This document shows, in pieces, positions 9,250-19,590 of a DNA stretch of 64,000 nt. The stretch lies in assembly GCA_963668315.1 (NCBI GenBank), contig OY764216.1:3104001-3168000 (forward strand), read 5' to 3'. A model generated the notes under the pieces. The model did no database searches and had not been told where the DNA came from. It was given only the letters and a program-made list of their open reading frames with translations. Both the position numbers and the translations under genes were made by a program. This DNA comes from Spirochaetia bacterium (GTDB lineage: Bacteria; Spirochaetota; Spirochaetia; DSM-2461). Every line of letters starts with the position of its first letter. The stretch's first letter is position 1.

Positions 9250-10276
9250 TGAAGAAATAGCCCGGGACGGGATATCCCGCGCCCGCATTGTCGGGGTGAA
9301 CAGAGAAATATATCATCTGGGATGGGAAGACTCCGATGTCCCCATCAGGGGGGAACTGACCGGAAAACTGAGGTTTCAAAGCCGGCAGGGAGAGCTCCCC
9401 GTGGTCGGGGACTGGGTGTGCTGCGTCAGGAATGAGCAGTTCTGTCTTATCGAGGAAGTCCTGCCCCGCCGGACCGTTATCAGCCGCAAAAGCGCCGGCG
9501 TGGTCACGGAGGAGCAGCCGCTGGCAGCCAATATCGATCTGGTGGCCATCGTTCAGGGATTGGACGGGGGGAGGAATTTTTCTCTCCGCGGTATAGAGAG
9601 ATACCTGACTCTGGCCTGGAATTCCGGCGCCGTCCCCCTGATTATTCTCAATAAGGCCGACTTGAACGACGATGCCGATTCCTATATGAGGGAAGCGGAA
9701 TTTGCCGCTCCCGGAGCTGATGTGATAATTACGAGCGCCGAAAAGGGTACGGGTATCGATGCACTCCGAGAGCGGTTCAGAGATAAAACCGCCGTGCTGG
9801 TCGGCCCATCCGGAGTGGGGAAATCGGCCCTGTCCAACGCCCTGCTGGAAAGGGAGGCGCAGCAGACCGGGGCCAACAGGGAAGGGGATAAGAAGGGGAA
9901 GCATACGACGACCTCATCAAGGCTCTTCCTTCTGCCCGAAGGGGGCTGGCTTATCGATTCTCCAGGATTGAAAGAGATTCAGCTCTGGGGAGATGAACAG
10001 GGGGTGGAAGACACTTTCAGTGAGATCGATGAGCTGGCCGGCCGGTGCCGCTTCAGCGACTGCCGCCATGAAGGAGAGCCGGGGTGCGCCGTAATGGAGG
10101 CCTTGCGGGAGGGAGAACTTGATCAGAACCGCTATGCCAGTTATCTGGAACTGCGCAGGGAAATGGACTGGCTGGACTCCCGGCGCAGCGAGAAGGGCCG
10201 CCTGGATGAACGGAAAAAGGGCAAAACGCTGAGTAAAACCATCAAAAATATGGAAAAAGGGAAGCCGGTGTATTAG
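9230..10276 (+). CDS. rsgA: Ribosome small subunit-dependent GTPase A
   Basis: VVGDWV, NKAD, GPSGVGKS, GKHTTT, DSPG and CRFSDCRHEGEPGCAV. Confidence 0.95.
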   Translation: MGLWGNSEEIARDGISRARIVGVNREIYHLGWEDSDVPIRGELTGKLRFQSRQGELPVVGDWVCCVRNEQFCLIEEVLPRRTVISRKSAGVVTEEQPLAANIDLVAIVQGLDGGRNFSLRGIERYLTLAWNSGAVPLIILNKADLNDDADSYMREAEFAAPGADVIITSAEKGTGIDALRERFRDKTAVLVGPSGVGKSALSNALLEREAQQTGANREGDKKGKHTTTSSRLFLLPEGGWLIDSPGLKEIQLWGDEQGVEDTFSEIDELAGRCRFSDCRHEGEPGCAVMEALREGELDQNRYASYLELRREMDWLDSRRSEKGRLDERKKGKTLSKTIKNMEKGKPVY

Positions 10277-10287
10277 GAAGTAAGGCT

Positions 10288-10323
10288 TTACCGGGAAAAA
10301 CGGCATTGCCATTTTCCCGGTAA
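10288..10323. terminator. Hairpin after rsgA, probable terminator
   Basis: TTACCGGGAAAA...TTTTCCCGGTAA inverted repeat. Confidence 0.5.
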
Positions 10324-10369
10324 ATGTCTATATTTATGTCTTGGAACCATACTCACTTAAGGAGCTATC

Positions 10370-10954
10370 ATGGCCGAAAAGGATGAAAAGAAAAAAAACG
10401 AGCAGGAGACTCCCGACCTGACGCAGAAAATGCTTCAGACAAGGACTATTCTTCTGACCGGAGAGATAAATAAGGAATTAGCCGAAAAAGTTATACGACA
10501 GCTTCTGCTGCTGGAGGCCGATTCGGATAAGCCCATCAAGATCTTCATCGATTCCCCCGGCGGGGACGCTGATGCGGGATTTGCCATTTATGATATGATC
10601 CGTTTTATCAATGCTCCGGTATATTGTATCGGCATGGGACTGGTTGCCAGCGCCGCCAGCATCATACTTATTGCCGTTCCCAATGAGAGAAGAATTGCTC
10701 TTCCCAACTCCCACTACCTTATTCACCAGCCCCTGAGCGGGATCAGAGGCGTGGCCACGGAAATCGAGATCCACGCCAATGAGCTTGAAAAGCTGAGAAT
10801 TAAAATCAACAAGCTTATCGCTTCTGAAACGGGAAAAACGGAGGAGCAGGTCTCCAAGGATACCGATAGGGATTACTGGATGATCGCCGAAGAAGCCAAA
10901 TCCTACGGTCTCGTTTCCAAAATCATTTCCAAGAGAAGTGAGCTGGAAGATTAA
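10370..10954 (+). CDS. clpP: ATP-dependent Clp protease proteolytic subunit
   Basis: IDSPGG, GLVASAAS, IHQP, DTDRDYWM. Confidence 0.95.
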   Translation: MAEKDEKKKNEQETPDLTQKMLQTRTILLTGEINKELAEKVIRQLLLLEADSDKPIKIFIDSPGGDADAGFAIYDMIRFINAPVYCIGMGLVASAASIILIAVPNERRIALPNSHYLIHQPLSGIRGVATEIEIHANELEKLRIKINKLIASETGKTEEQVSKDTDRDYWMIAEEAKSYGLVSKIISKRSELED

Positions 10955-10957
10955 ATC

Positions 10958-12181
10958 CTAAGATTGCTGTTCCGCGGTTCCTTCTTCCTGGAAGGAACCG
11001 TTGGAATAGGGGTAATGACGGCTGACGATATATTCCAGCTGGTCATAGATCCCCAGCATAACGTCAGGCAGATAGGGAGATATCCTTTCAATGAAAGGGG
11101 CATCTTCCGGATGAAGTTCCGCAATCCTGTTGAATCGCCATACGAAATAACCCGCCACTTCCTTTCGGCTCAGCTGAAGGGTGTATCCCAGCATTTCATT
11201 ATACATGAGGACCTCATCCCGGGGGTCGTAAAAATTATTCTTCATGAAAAAACGCCAGATTTCACGGTAATCCTCCGGCATGCCGAGCCAGTACCGGCGA
11301 ATGGATTCCCTGAGATCCTCGTCGGTAAAGAAGAGTCCGTGCAGAGTTTCATGGGTAATGAACCTCTGGCGTAGTACGGGCGATGATTCCCTCGTAATGG
11401 ATACAATCGCCCCCTCTCCCACGGTATACTCACTGCCGTTGAAACTGAGAATGCCCTGGGTCAGAAGTATCTGGCGCAGTTCATACTCCTCGTCGTTCAG
11501 GGTAAAATCCGATTCATTCGCCAGGTTGTAGAACGAGGCAAGCCCTTCCCGGCTGTAATCATGGGCATTCCAGCCGTGGAGTCCTTCCATCTCCTCGTTG
11601 GTCATAAGCGTCCCGCGGTATCCCGGCTTCTCCATAAAGAAGGCCAGCCTTTTCAGGTAACGGTCCTGCACTTCGTAATCGCGGAAATCGAAAATCAGGA
11701 TATTGTTACCCCTATCCCACCGGTAGAGGAGATACTCCTTCTCATCGGGATATTCGGAAGACAGAATCCTTTCGTGGGACGCGGTTTGGGCCTGGTCGGT
11801 GTAATCCTTCTTCTGGGTAAGGAAGAGGGAGAAGGGGACCGGTTTCCCCCGGCTGTCCCTGAGGCTGACTGAAAAAAGGGGGAACGAGGGGCGGTAAGCA
11901 GGTGTCACCCGGGTGGAGTAGGGCCGCCTTCCGTCCAGGGGGGGGAGTTCTGCCGTTTCTACTTCGGTTTTCCCCCTCAGGGTCAGGCGGCAGCTTGTAT
12001 CGGACAAGTAGGAAAATGTCAGATAGGAGTCACTCAGATCCAGGGGGTAGGGGAAGACAAAGTTTTCCCGGGCTCTTTCGTCAAAACGGCCGAATTCAGG
12101 TTGATAGAGCAGTCCGTCCCCTGCCGTGAGAGGCAGAGTCGCAAGGAGAGCAAAGGCAAGGGGAAGGAGAGATCTCTTCAT
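10958..12181 (-). CDS. Secreted hypothetical protein with HExxH motif (possible Zn peptidase)
   Basis: Signal peptide; THETLHG followed by a downstream NE. Confidence 0.6.
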   Translation of the reverse strand: MKRSLLPLAFALLATLPLTAGDGLLYQPEFGRFDERARENFVFPYPLDLSDSYLTFSYLSDTSCRLTLRGKTEVETAELPPLDGRRPYSTRVTPAYRPSFPLFSVSLRDSRGKPVPFSLFLTQKKDYTDQAQTASHERILSSEYPDEKEYLLYRWDRGNNILIFDFRDYEVQDRYLKRLAFFMEKPGYRGTLMTNEEMEGLHGWNAHDYSREGLASFYNLANESDFTLNDEEYELRQILLTQGILSFNGSEYTVGEGAIVSITRESSPVLRQRFITHETLHGLFFTDEDLRESIRRYWLGMPEDYREIWRFFMKNNFYDPRDEVLMYNEMLGYTLQLSRKEVAGYFVWRFNRIAELHPEDAPFIERISPYLPDVMLGIYDQLEYIVSRHYPYSNGSFQEEGTAEQQS

Positions 12182-12183
12182 TG

Positions 12184-13272
12184 CTATTTGACGAGTCCCA
12201 GGGGAGCCAGGGCGTCCAGGATATCCTGCTTCGGTGATTCGGACCTCGAGAGGGGGGCTCCGGTTATTTTTTCCGCCAGCCCCACATAGAGCCGGCTGAC
12301 ATCCATCATCTGCTCGTCCTTGAGGCGGAATTCCCCGGCAAGGGCTTTTCTTTCCTCCATACGGTTCTTATTGACCAGCACGTCACGGTCGGGAACGCTG
12401 TTCAGGAGAATCTCCCTGAAGTACTCTTTGGACTCTTCCCTGATCTCTCCCTTATTATAAAGCTCTATGTCCCAGTAGCGGGAAGAGTCGGGTGTGCCGA
12501 TCTCATCGATATAGATCAGGCGGGAATCCTCCCCCTGTCCGATATAGCCGAACTCGAATTTGGTATCCACGAAGACTTTGCCGATTTTTTCCAGTTCTCC
12601 GGTTATGAGCTGAAAACCCTGTGTCAGGAGCTTCTCATACTGACTTACATCCCCGGCGGAACGGAATTTGAAGGCATCGAGATTGTTGATAATCTGATCG
12701 CGGGTGATATCCACGTCGTCCATTTCGGGCACGCCTTCCACGCCTTTGATGATTCCCTTGGTGGAAGGGGTGATGAGAAGTGAATCCAGCTTCTGGTTCT
12801 TCTTCAGTCCTTCGGGAAGGGATATGCCGCAGATAGTGCGGTTGCCCTTTTCGTAGGAGCGCCACATGCTTCCCGTAATATACTGACGGGCGATCGCTTC
12901 CACCATGACCGGACGGGCTTTCCTGACCAGCCAGACCAGAGGATGGGGTACATCCACTATATGGTTTCCCGCCACTCCCTCTTCCTCGAAGCGGGTGAAC
13001 CAGTACCGGGAAATGGCGTTGAGGGCGGCTCCCTTGCCGGGGATTCCCTTAAGACCGCCTTCGCTCTGCCAGATGCATTCGTAGGCGGAAATCCTGTCGC
13101 TGATGATCATAAGGGCCAGTTCTTCGCCCTGAATACCATACTTTTCATTCAGCCTGGCGTTGTCCTCGTCTTTAAGCCAGTAAACGGAACGGACCTTGCC
13201 GCTGTGTATATCCCCTTTGTGACGGATAGGGAAATCATCCGTTCTAACCAGGGCCTTGTCTGTCATTGCCAT
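12184..13272 (-). CDS. purC: SAICAR synthase
   Basis: HSGKVRSVY, SDRISAY, TPSTK, DTKFEFG, DEIGTPDSSRYW; start set at MAMTDK. Confidence 0.93.
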   Translation of the reverse strand: MAMTDKALVRTDDFPIRHKGDIHSGKVRSVYWLKDEDNARLNEKYGIQGEELALMIISDRISAYECIWQSEGGLKGIPGKGAALNAISRYWFTRFEEEGVAGNHIVDVPHPLVWLVRKARPVMVEAIARQYITGSMWRSYEKGNRTICGISLPEGLKKNQKLDSLLITPSTKGIIKGVEGVPEMDDVDITRDQIINNLDAFKFRSAGDVSQYEKLLTQGFQLITGELEKIGKVFVDTKFEFGYIGQGEDSRLIYIDEIGTPDSSRYWDIELYNKGEIREESKEYFREILLNSVPDRDVLVNKNRMEERKALAGEFRLKDEQMMDVSRLYVGLAEKITGAPLSRSESPKQDILDALAPLGLVK

Positions 13273-13434
13273 ATTCACTCTCCCGCACCGGACAGGACGT
13301 CCGTGACTTTGCGTTATTTTGATAAAGGAAGCTAATTCTATATTCATAAAGGGATAAGGGTCAAGAGAAAATCGGAAGAAATGGCAGGGTATTCCATATG
13401 GAATAGTTTCCTGAATAATGTTAAAATAGGAATA

Positions 13435-14457
13435 ATGAAAGAAAGAGCCGAACGTAAACGACTGATGACACTCCAGATATTGAAAGAATCGACCGAACCC
13501 ATCTCCAGCCATAAAATCCAGGAACTCCTGGCGGAAAGGGGACTGGAAATCAGTGAGAGAACGGTGCGTTTTCATCTGCAGGCCCTGGATAATATGGGGT
13601 TTACCGCCTATAAAGAGAAAAAAGGGCGCTACATTACGCCCAAGGGGCTCCTGGAACTATCCCGCAGTCATGTCTACGAAAAAGTCGGATTTCTCTCTTC
13701 CAAAATCGATGATATGACCTACCGCATGTCCTATAATTATCATACGGGCGAAGGGAAGGTCCTGGTGAACATCAGCCTTGTTCATTACGATGATCTCCTC
13801 GCATCGGTAGACATGCTGGTCCCCTACCTGAAAACGCGTTTCGCCACAGGAGAGATGATCGCCCTCTTCCGGGAGGGGGAAAACCTGGGCGAGACCGTCA
13901 TCCCCAAGGGCTATGTGGGCATAGGAACGGTATGCTCCATCACGCTTAACGGGATTCTTCTGTCCTCCGGTGTTCCGGTGGTTTCCATCTTCGGCGGTCT
14001 CCTTGAGGTGGACAACGGCAAGGCGGAGCGGTTTACGGCCATTATTAAATACGAGGGAACCAGCCTCGATCCTCTGGAAATTTATATAAAAAGCGGCATG
14101 ACCAACTGCACGGGTATCGTGGAAGAGGGGAGCGGCCAGGTGGGCGCCAGCTTCCGGGAGATACCCGCTAGCAGCCGGGAGTATGTTGTCTCCATCAACG
14201 AGGAACTGAAGAAAATCGGCATGGGGGGGATCATCGAAATCGGTTTTCCCGGCCAGAGCCTTCTGGATATTCCCGTTGCCCATGAGAGGTGCGGACTTAT
14301 CGTGGCCGGAGGTTTGAATTCCGTTTCCGTGGCCCATGAGGGAGGCATAGAAGTTATATCCAAGGCTCTTTCCGGTCTTGTCGAGTTTGACCGTCTGCTC
14401 CACTATTCCCAATTGAGAGCAAAGGCGGAAGAGCTGATTAATTCTTCAAAGGGGTAG
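13435..14457 (+). CDS. NrpR-like regulator (wHTH + DUF128/NRD domain)
   Basis: SERTVRFHL HTH; TVCSITLNG, GTSLDPLE, ASFREIP, GGLN. Confidence 0.85.
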   Translation: MKERAERKRLMTLQILKESTEPISSHKIQELLAERGLEISERTVRFHLQALDNMGFTAYKEKKGRYITPKGLLELSRSHVYEKVGFLSSKIDDMTYRMSYNYHTGEGKVLVNISLVHYDDLLASVDMLVPYLKTRFATGEMIALFREGENLGETVIPKGYVGIGTVCSITLNGILLSSGVPVVSIFGGLLEVDNGKAERFTAIIKYEGTSLDPLEIYIKSGMTNCTGIVEEGSGQVGASFREIPASSREYVVSINEELKKIGMGGIIEIGFPGQSLLDIPVAHERCGLIVAGGLNSVSVAHEGGIEVISKALSGLVEFDRLLHYSQLRAKAEELINSSKG

Positions 14458-14501
14458 GGAAACTTGTCCTTATCTCTTTCTCTGTGATATAATCCGTCGT
14501 C

Positions 14502-16787
14502 ATGGGTAAAAAATTCGGAACATTTCGAGGGGTTTTCGTCCCCTCTACGGAAGCTATTCTGGGAACAGTGCTATTTCTTCTGCTCCCTCTCCTGACCGCG
14601 GATTTGGGCTTTCTGCCCATGGTCATCATCATACTGCTTTCACATACGGTAACGCTGTCCACCGCTTTTTCTCTGGCCGACTGCGCCACCAACCTGAATA
14701 AAATCGAGGGGGGCGGTATGTATGCCCTCTCCAAGAAGTCTCTGGGTAAAGCCATGGGGGGCTCCATCGGTATCCCTCTTTATCTGGCCCAGGCCGCCAG
14801 CGTGGGGTTCTACTGCATCGGTTTTGCCGAACCGCTCCATCCCATTCTGGCTCCCTATCTTGATTTTATCCCCCTTTTCACTCTGCATACTCCCGAAGCG
14901 CTTCTGATGCAGAAGCAGCTGCTGGCATCCTTTTTTCTTGTTCTTTTCTTTTTTGTGGTTATGGCGGGGGCTGATTTTACCCTGAAAATACAATCGGCCA
15001 TTCTGGTCATTCTTATTCTCAGTGTACTTTCCATTTTCTTCTCTCCCTTTCTGGGGATAGAGTACGGCGGCAAACCCCTTTTTACCGGCGGTATCACCAT
15101 GTTCAGCGCCCGGCCGCTGACGATGGCTATCTTTTTTCTCTCCTTTACCCAGTTTTTTCCCGCCGTCACGGGAATCAGTACGGGAATCGGCATGAGCGGG
15201 GATTTGAAAACGCCCCGGAAAAGTATCGTGAAAGGAACTTTCTACGCTATCCTTTTGACGATGGGCGTGTATCTGGTCGTCGCCCTGATTTTCTCCGGAA
15301 TGGACAGAAGCATCCTTATCAAGGGCTACGAAGGGGGCATCCCCTACGGTGTCCTGCTGACGGAGCTCCTCGGGTGGGGAAAGCCTTTTCCCCAGAATAT
15401 CCCGGGGTTTCTTATCCTTCTGGGAGTTCTCTTCGCCACAAGCTCGTCGGCTCTCAGCGTCTTCATGACAGGTCCCCGGACCGTACAGTTCCTGGCCCGG
15501 GACAATATCCTGCCCGCCTCTTTGAACTTTCTGGAGAAGGATTTCAAACCCGAAGGGGATGAGCCCCGCTTCGCGGTCATTGTGACTTTTTTCTTCGGCC
15601 TGGCCATTATCTGGATGGGAAGCATCAATCTGGCGGCCACCGTTGTCGGTATTCTGTTTCTGGTCGTATACGGCTGGGTCAATCTGGCCGCCTTTCTGGA
15701 AAGGTTCAGCCGGAACCCCTCCTTCCGCCCGACGTTCAAGGGACACTGGACCGTATCCCTCTACGGATTCCTCGCCTGCTTTGTCACAATATGTCTTTTC
15801 AACTGGATGGTGGGCCTCATCATAGTCGTCTCCCAATATCTCATGTTTCTTCTCATCCTCCGTTTTAAATCGGAAGGGAAAATGGAAGGTGTCTGGTGGG
15901 GTGTACTTTTTACCCTTATCACCGGGTCTCTCAAGAAAATCCGTTCCATCGTACAGGGCTCCAGGAACTGGCGCCCCGTGGTTGTTTCCATCTCCTACGG
16001 TACGGAAAAACAGTGGTGGAAGGAGATGGACGAAATTGTGGGGAGCATTTCCTCCTATCAGGGCCTTGTCAGCCGCAATATCCTTATCTCTTCCAAGAAA
16101 TTTGATGTTCCGCCCCGGCCGGAGGAGCTGGAAGAGAACACATCTGTCATAAGCACATCCAATCCGACGGAAGCCGTGTCCGCCATCATACAGTCTTCGG
16201 AGATAACCGGGCTGGAATCCAACACCATCCTTCTTGAATACAGCGAAAAGGTGGATTCCGTACAGCTGCTGAATGTCATCTCCGAGAAGAATAAAAATAT
16301 CCTTCTCTATAAGGGTTTCAGCGAGAAAGTAGACAGCCGGCTGGTAAAAGTCAGGAATAAAAGACTGGATATTTGGTGGAGAGGAGAAAGAAACGGGAAT
16401 TTTATGGCCCTTTTGGCTTATATTATAAACGAGGGGATAAAGGAAAAGGAATCAAGATACGATATAAGAATCCTTCGCATGGTAGGGCAGGGGGAGAATG
16501 TGGAAAAATCCGAGATGGAATTGAAAGAGCTGTTCTCAAAGGCCAGAATCAACGGGGACGTGAAAATCCTCCCCCATCAGGATATCCCCTTCACGGATAT
16601 TCTGTCCGCCGAATCGGCCGATGCCTCCCTCATTATGATGGGTATCCCCGGGAATTATGTGGAACAGAACCGTTCCCTTTTCCGTATGAATGAATTCTTT
16701 TTCAATAAGGAGATAGGGCGATATAACCAGCTGCCCCCGATCCTCTTTATTCGCAGCGTGCGGGCGATAAGCCTGACGGAGGATTGA
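14502..16787 (+). CDS. Cation-chloride cotransporter (SLC12/CCC-like) APC permease
   Basis: FGTFRGVFVP, GGGMY, FFPAVTGI, MSGDLK, PSFRPTF, NWRP, LDIWW. Confidence 0.85.
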   Translation: MGKKFGTFRGVFVPSTEAILGTVLFLLLPLLTADLGFLPMVIIILLSHTVTLSTAFSLADCATNLNKIEGGGMYALSKKSLGKAMGGSIGIPLYLAQAASVGFYCIGFAEPLHPILAPYLDFIPLFTLHTPEALLMQKQLLASFFLVLFFFVVMAGADFTLKIQSAILVILILSVLSIFFSPFLGIEYGGKPLFTGGITMFSARPLTMAIFFLSFTQFFPAVTGISTGIGMSGDLKTPRKSIVKGTFYAILLTMGVYLVVALIFSGMDRSILIKGYEGGIPYGVLLTELLGWGKPFPQNIPGFLILLGVLFATSSSALSVFMTGPRTVQFLARDNILPASLNFLEKDFKPEGDEPRFAVIVTFFFGLAIIWMGSINLAATVVGILFLVVYGWVNLAAFLERFSRNPSFRPTFKGHWTVSLYGFLACFVTICLFNWMVGLIIVVSQYLMFLLILRFKSEGKMEGVWWGVLFTLITGSLKKIRSIVQGSRNWRPVVVSISYGTEKQWWKEMDEIVGSISSYQGLVSRNILISSKKFDVPPRPEELEENTSVISTSNPTEAVSAIIQSSEITGLESNTILLEYSEKVDSVQLLNVISEKNKNILLYKGFSEKVDSRLVKVRNKRLDIWWRGERNGNFMALLAYIINEGIKEKESRYDIRILRMVGQGENVEKSEMELKELFSKARINGDVKILPHQDIPFTDILSAESADASLIMMGIPGNYVEQNRSLFRMNEFFFNKEIGRYNQLPPILFIRSVRAISLTED

Positions 16788-16795
16788 TTCACGGG

Positions 16796-18178
16796 ATGGA
16801 TGCAGAGTGGATTTCCCTTAATGACCTGTTTTCTCAATATCCCGGTCTTTTAGACGTGCTGGAAGATCAGGATATCATTCTCCATTGCCGGAATACACAA
16901 ACCGGAGCGGAGCGAAGTGCCCGCTTTTCCGCTCTCTTCAGAAACAACAGCCGTTTCTGGGAGGCGAAGAACTGGGATTTCTTTCTGTCGAGGGGAGATC
17001 GGGAAATTCTGATTGATCTCATGAACAAAAAGGCGAATAAAATCAGGGGGAAGATTGAGAAAATCCATATTCCGGAGAAGATGAATGAGGCTCTGCCGCC
17101 TTCCTTCGGTAAGGAGTATCAGGAAATCTCATCCATGTCCCTGGATGATCGGGAAAAGAGAATCGCCCATTCCATCGTATCCCTTGATGAAGCGCTGGGC
17201 CGTCCCCACGTGGCATCCCACGAACTGGCCGATATCATGACCGACGCGGCCATCTATTCCACCCTGATCAACAAGGTCAGTATGGAAGAGATGGAGGACC
17301 AGGAGGATCGCCTGGCCCAGAGGTATCTGATTCAGATCAATTCCAAAACGGAGGAGCTCATGGGCTCCTTTCTGAAGGCCCTTTCCGGCGATCATAAGCT
17401 GAATCATACGAATGAGTCGATAACCAATCAGACCAAGGGCGTCACCACGCGGCATATGACCCGGGTGTTTCTTCTGACCATACGTTTTCTGGACGATCTG
17501 CGCCATCAGTTTGAATATGCCGGCCTCTACCAGAGACTGCAGAGCCGGATGAGGTCCTATCTGCCCCTTTACGAGCCTCTGAGGAGCCGGTACCCCCTGA
17601 AAAAGTTCGATGCCTCCGTTGTCTTTCCCGTGTCTCCCCGTTTTTCCGATAATCTGATGGAAGAGATCATGCTGGGAATTCTGCTTCATGACCTGGGGAA
17701 GAACAAAAACCTCCTCTATTTCGACGGAGCGGAGGATTACGACAGGAAAATTATAGAGGGCCATGCCTTTGACGGGTACTTCATGCTGATGAAAAAATCG
17801 GCCTACCGTCAGCCCATCGCCTCCCTCGCCGGGCTGCATCATGAATATTACGGCCATCCCCAGGGGTACGGTGTCTTCAGGGATCTATATGAAGAACACC
17901 GGAAAAAACATTCCGGCCATCAGTTCGCCTGCATCATGTCCTGTCAGTATGAGGATCTGGTGAATTACCGCTCATTGGCCTATATGCCGGCGAAAATTCT
18001 GGAAATCGTGGATGTCTACGATGCCCTGATAGACAAGGACCGCCTGTACAAAGCGCCCATGTCGCCCTTGGAAGCCCTGAGTTTCATGAGAAAAACGATG
18101 ATCGATAACGATTTAAAACTTGATCCCATTTTCTTCGATTTATTTGTGAAATTTCTCAACAAGGCAAAACTTTTATGA
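16796..18178 (+). CDS. HD/HD-GYP-like phosphohydrolase
   Basis: LLHDLGK, HHE, GYG, DVYDAL and R.YK motifs. Confidence 0.8.
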   Translation: MDAEWISLNDLFSQYPGLLDVLEDQDIILHCRNTQTGAERSARFSALFRNNSRFWEAKNWDFFLSRGDREILIDLMNKKANKIRGKIEKIHIPEKMNEALPPSFGKEYQEISSMSLDDREKRIAHSIVSLDEALGRPHVASHELADIMTDAAIYSTLINKVSMEEMEDQEDRLAQRYLIQINSKTEELMGSFLKALSGDHKLNHTNESITNQTKGVTTRHMTRVFLLTIRFLDDLRHQFEYAGLYQRLQSRMRSYLPLYEPLRSRYPLKKFDASVVFPVSPRFSDNLMEEIMLGILLHDLGKNKNLLYFDGAEDYDRKIIEGHAFDGYFMLMKKSAYRQPIASLAGLHHEYYGHPQGYGVFRDLYEEHRKKHSGHQFACIMSCQYEDLVNYRSLAYMPAKILEIVDVYDALIDKDRLYKAPMSPLEALSFMRKTMIDNDLKLDPIFFDLFVKFLNKAKLL

Positions 18179-19590
18179 TCAGAAGGCCTCTTGTCTCCCT
18201 TGCCATTCTGCTCATGGCGGCAGGTTTACTCGTCTCTTTTTCGGAAAGAATGTCCCGGGGGGAAGAAAGCTACGTTTCCCTTCTGGTACCGGAGGAGAAA
18301 ACGGCAGAGGTGGAGGCTTATCTCGCCGGCAAGGGAGTCGGTCCTTTTTACGATGGGGAAAAGCCGGTGGTTTATTCCGATTTTACCGCCCTTACCGCAC
18401 TTCCCCTCAAAGATGTCCCCCGGAGATTTCTTGAGGAGGACCGCCGTTATGATCCCTATCTGAGGGAACTGGGCGATCTGTTTACGACATCCCGGGGAAA
18501 CCGAGTCTTTTTTCGGACCGATTTGTCTCAGTTATCCCTGCAGAGGATGCTTTTTCCCCTGAGACAAGAAGTCCTCTGGGAACAGGCCGTATCCCCCCTC
18601 TCGTTTATTCTGATTGCCGCTATGGCTTTGATTCTTCTCGGGGTGAATGTCTACCGCCACGGGAGCGCTTTTCTCTGGCCCCTCATGGTGCAGGTCCTTT
18701 GGATTCCCTTCTACTTTTATGAACCGGGTTATTCTCTGGCCGCCCTGCCGCTAATCGTTTTCTGGGAAGTTCTGATTATCGAATCCTGGGGGCAATGGGG
18801 GAGGGCGTTTCTCCTTTTTCTCCTGATTGCCGCCTCCGGGGCTGTTATGTTTTCCGGCGCCACACTTATGCTTTACTCTCTTATGTTGGCCTTAAGCTTC
18901 TCCGTAGGGTTATTTCTCAAACTCCGTTTTTTCCCCGACACACCGGAAAAGGGGAACGGGGAAGCCGGGAGAATCGTAATAAAAAAGAGGAGGTTCCCGT
19001 TCTTTTCCCGAAAGACGGAGCATGACCTTTTTGAACCGAAGTACTTCGGTATGGGTGTTCCTGCGGTCTCAAGCTCCCTGACTCCCGCGGCCACCTTGCG
19101 GGGAAAGCTTTTCATTCCGACTCTGCTTCTGTCCCTTCCTCTGCTGTTTGTTCCCCAGTCCTCTGAACATCATTCCCCCTTCACCTTTCCCGGTCCGGGC
19201 GATTTTTATGATCATGTGTATTATCAGCAGAATATTCTCTATTCTTCCCCCTGGGGATCCCGTGATCCGGTTTTTACCTCCGATTTCACCTGGGACAGCG
19301 ATACGGGCGCCATTCTCGAACAGAAAAAAAGGATCGCTTCCTTTAGCCCCGAATGGATGGCGGAGGTCAAATCGGAGTACGGGCAAGGATATGCCGATTC
19401 CTTTCTTCTTTCCCTGCCGACAGGCATGGAATCTATCCCAATTAATTTTACTTTACCCTTTTACAAATTTCGTATTTTTGTTATAATCATCATGTTTTTT
19501 CTCTCCGAGCTGGTCTCCTCCCAACGCAGGATTCCCGGTAAGGAAAAAAAATCACTTCAAATTATTAAAAGAGGTCGTGAAGTCGCATGA
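18175..19590 (+). CDS. Membrane protein of unknown function
   Basis: Long ORF with several hydrophobic segments; overlaps both neighbours by 4 nt. Confidence 0.65.
   Translation: MIRRPLVSLAILLMAAGLLVSFSERMSRGEESYVSLLVPEEKTAEVEAYLAGKGVGPFYDGEKPVVYSDFTALTALPLKDVPRRFLEEDRRYDPYLRELGDLFTTSRGNRVFFRTDLSQLSLQRMLFPLRQEVLWEQAVSPLSFILIAAMALILLGVNVYRHGSAFLWPLMVQVLWIPFYFYEPGYSLAALPLIVFWEVLIIESWGQWGRAFLLFLLIAASGAVMFSGATLMLYSLMLALSFSVGLFLKLRFFPDTPEKGNGEAGRIVIKKRRFPFFSRKTEHDLFEPKYFGMGVPAVSSSLTPAATLRGKLFIPTLLLSLPLLFVPQSSEHHSPFTFPGPGDFYDHVYYQQNILYSSPWGSRDPVFTSDFTWDSDTGAILEQKKRIASFSPEWMAEVKSEYGQGYADSFLLSLPTGMESIPINFTLPFYKFRIFVIIIMFFLSELVSSQRRIPGKEKKSLQIIKRGREVA

Noticed and set aside
13273..13575. Long N-terminal extension of PurC
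   Set aside because: Overlaps the divergent nrpR-like gene; homology and RBS fit a start at 13272
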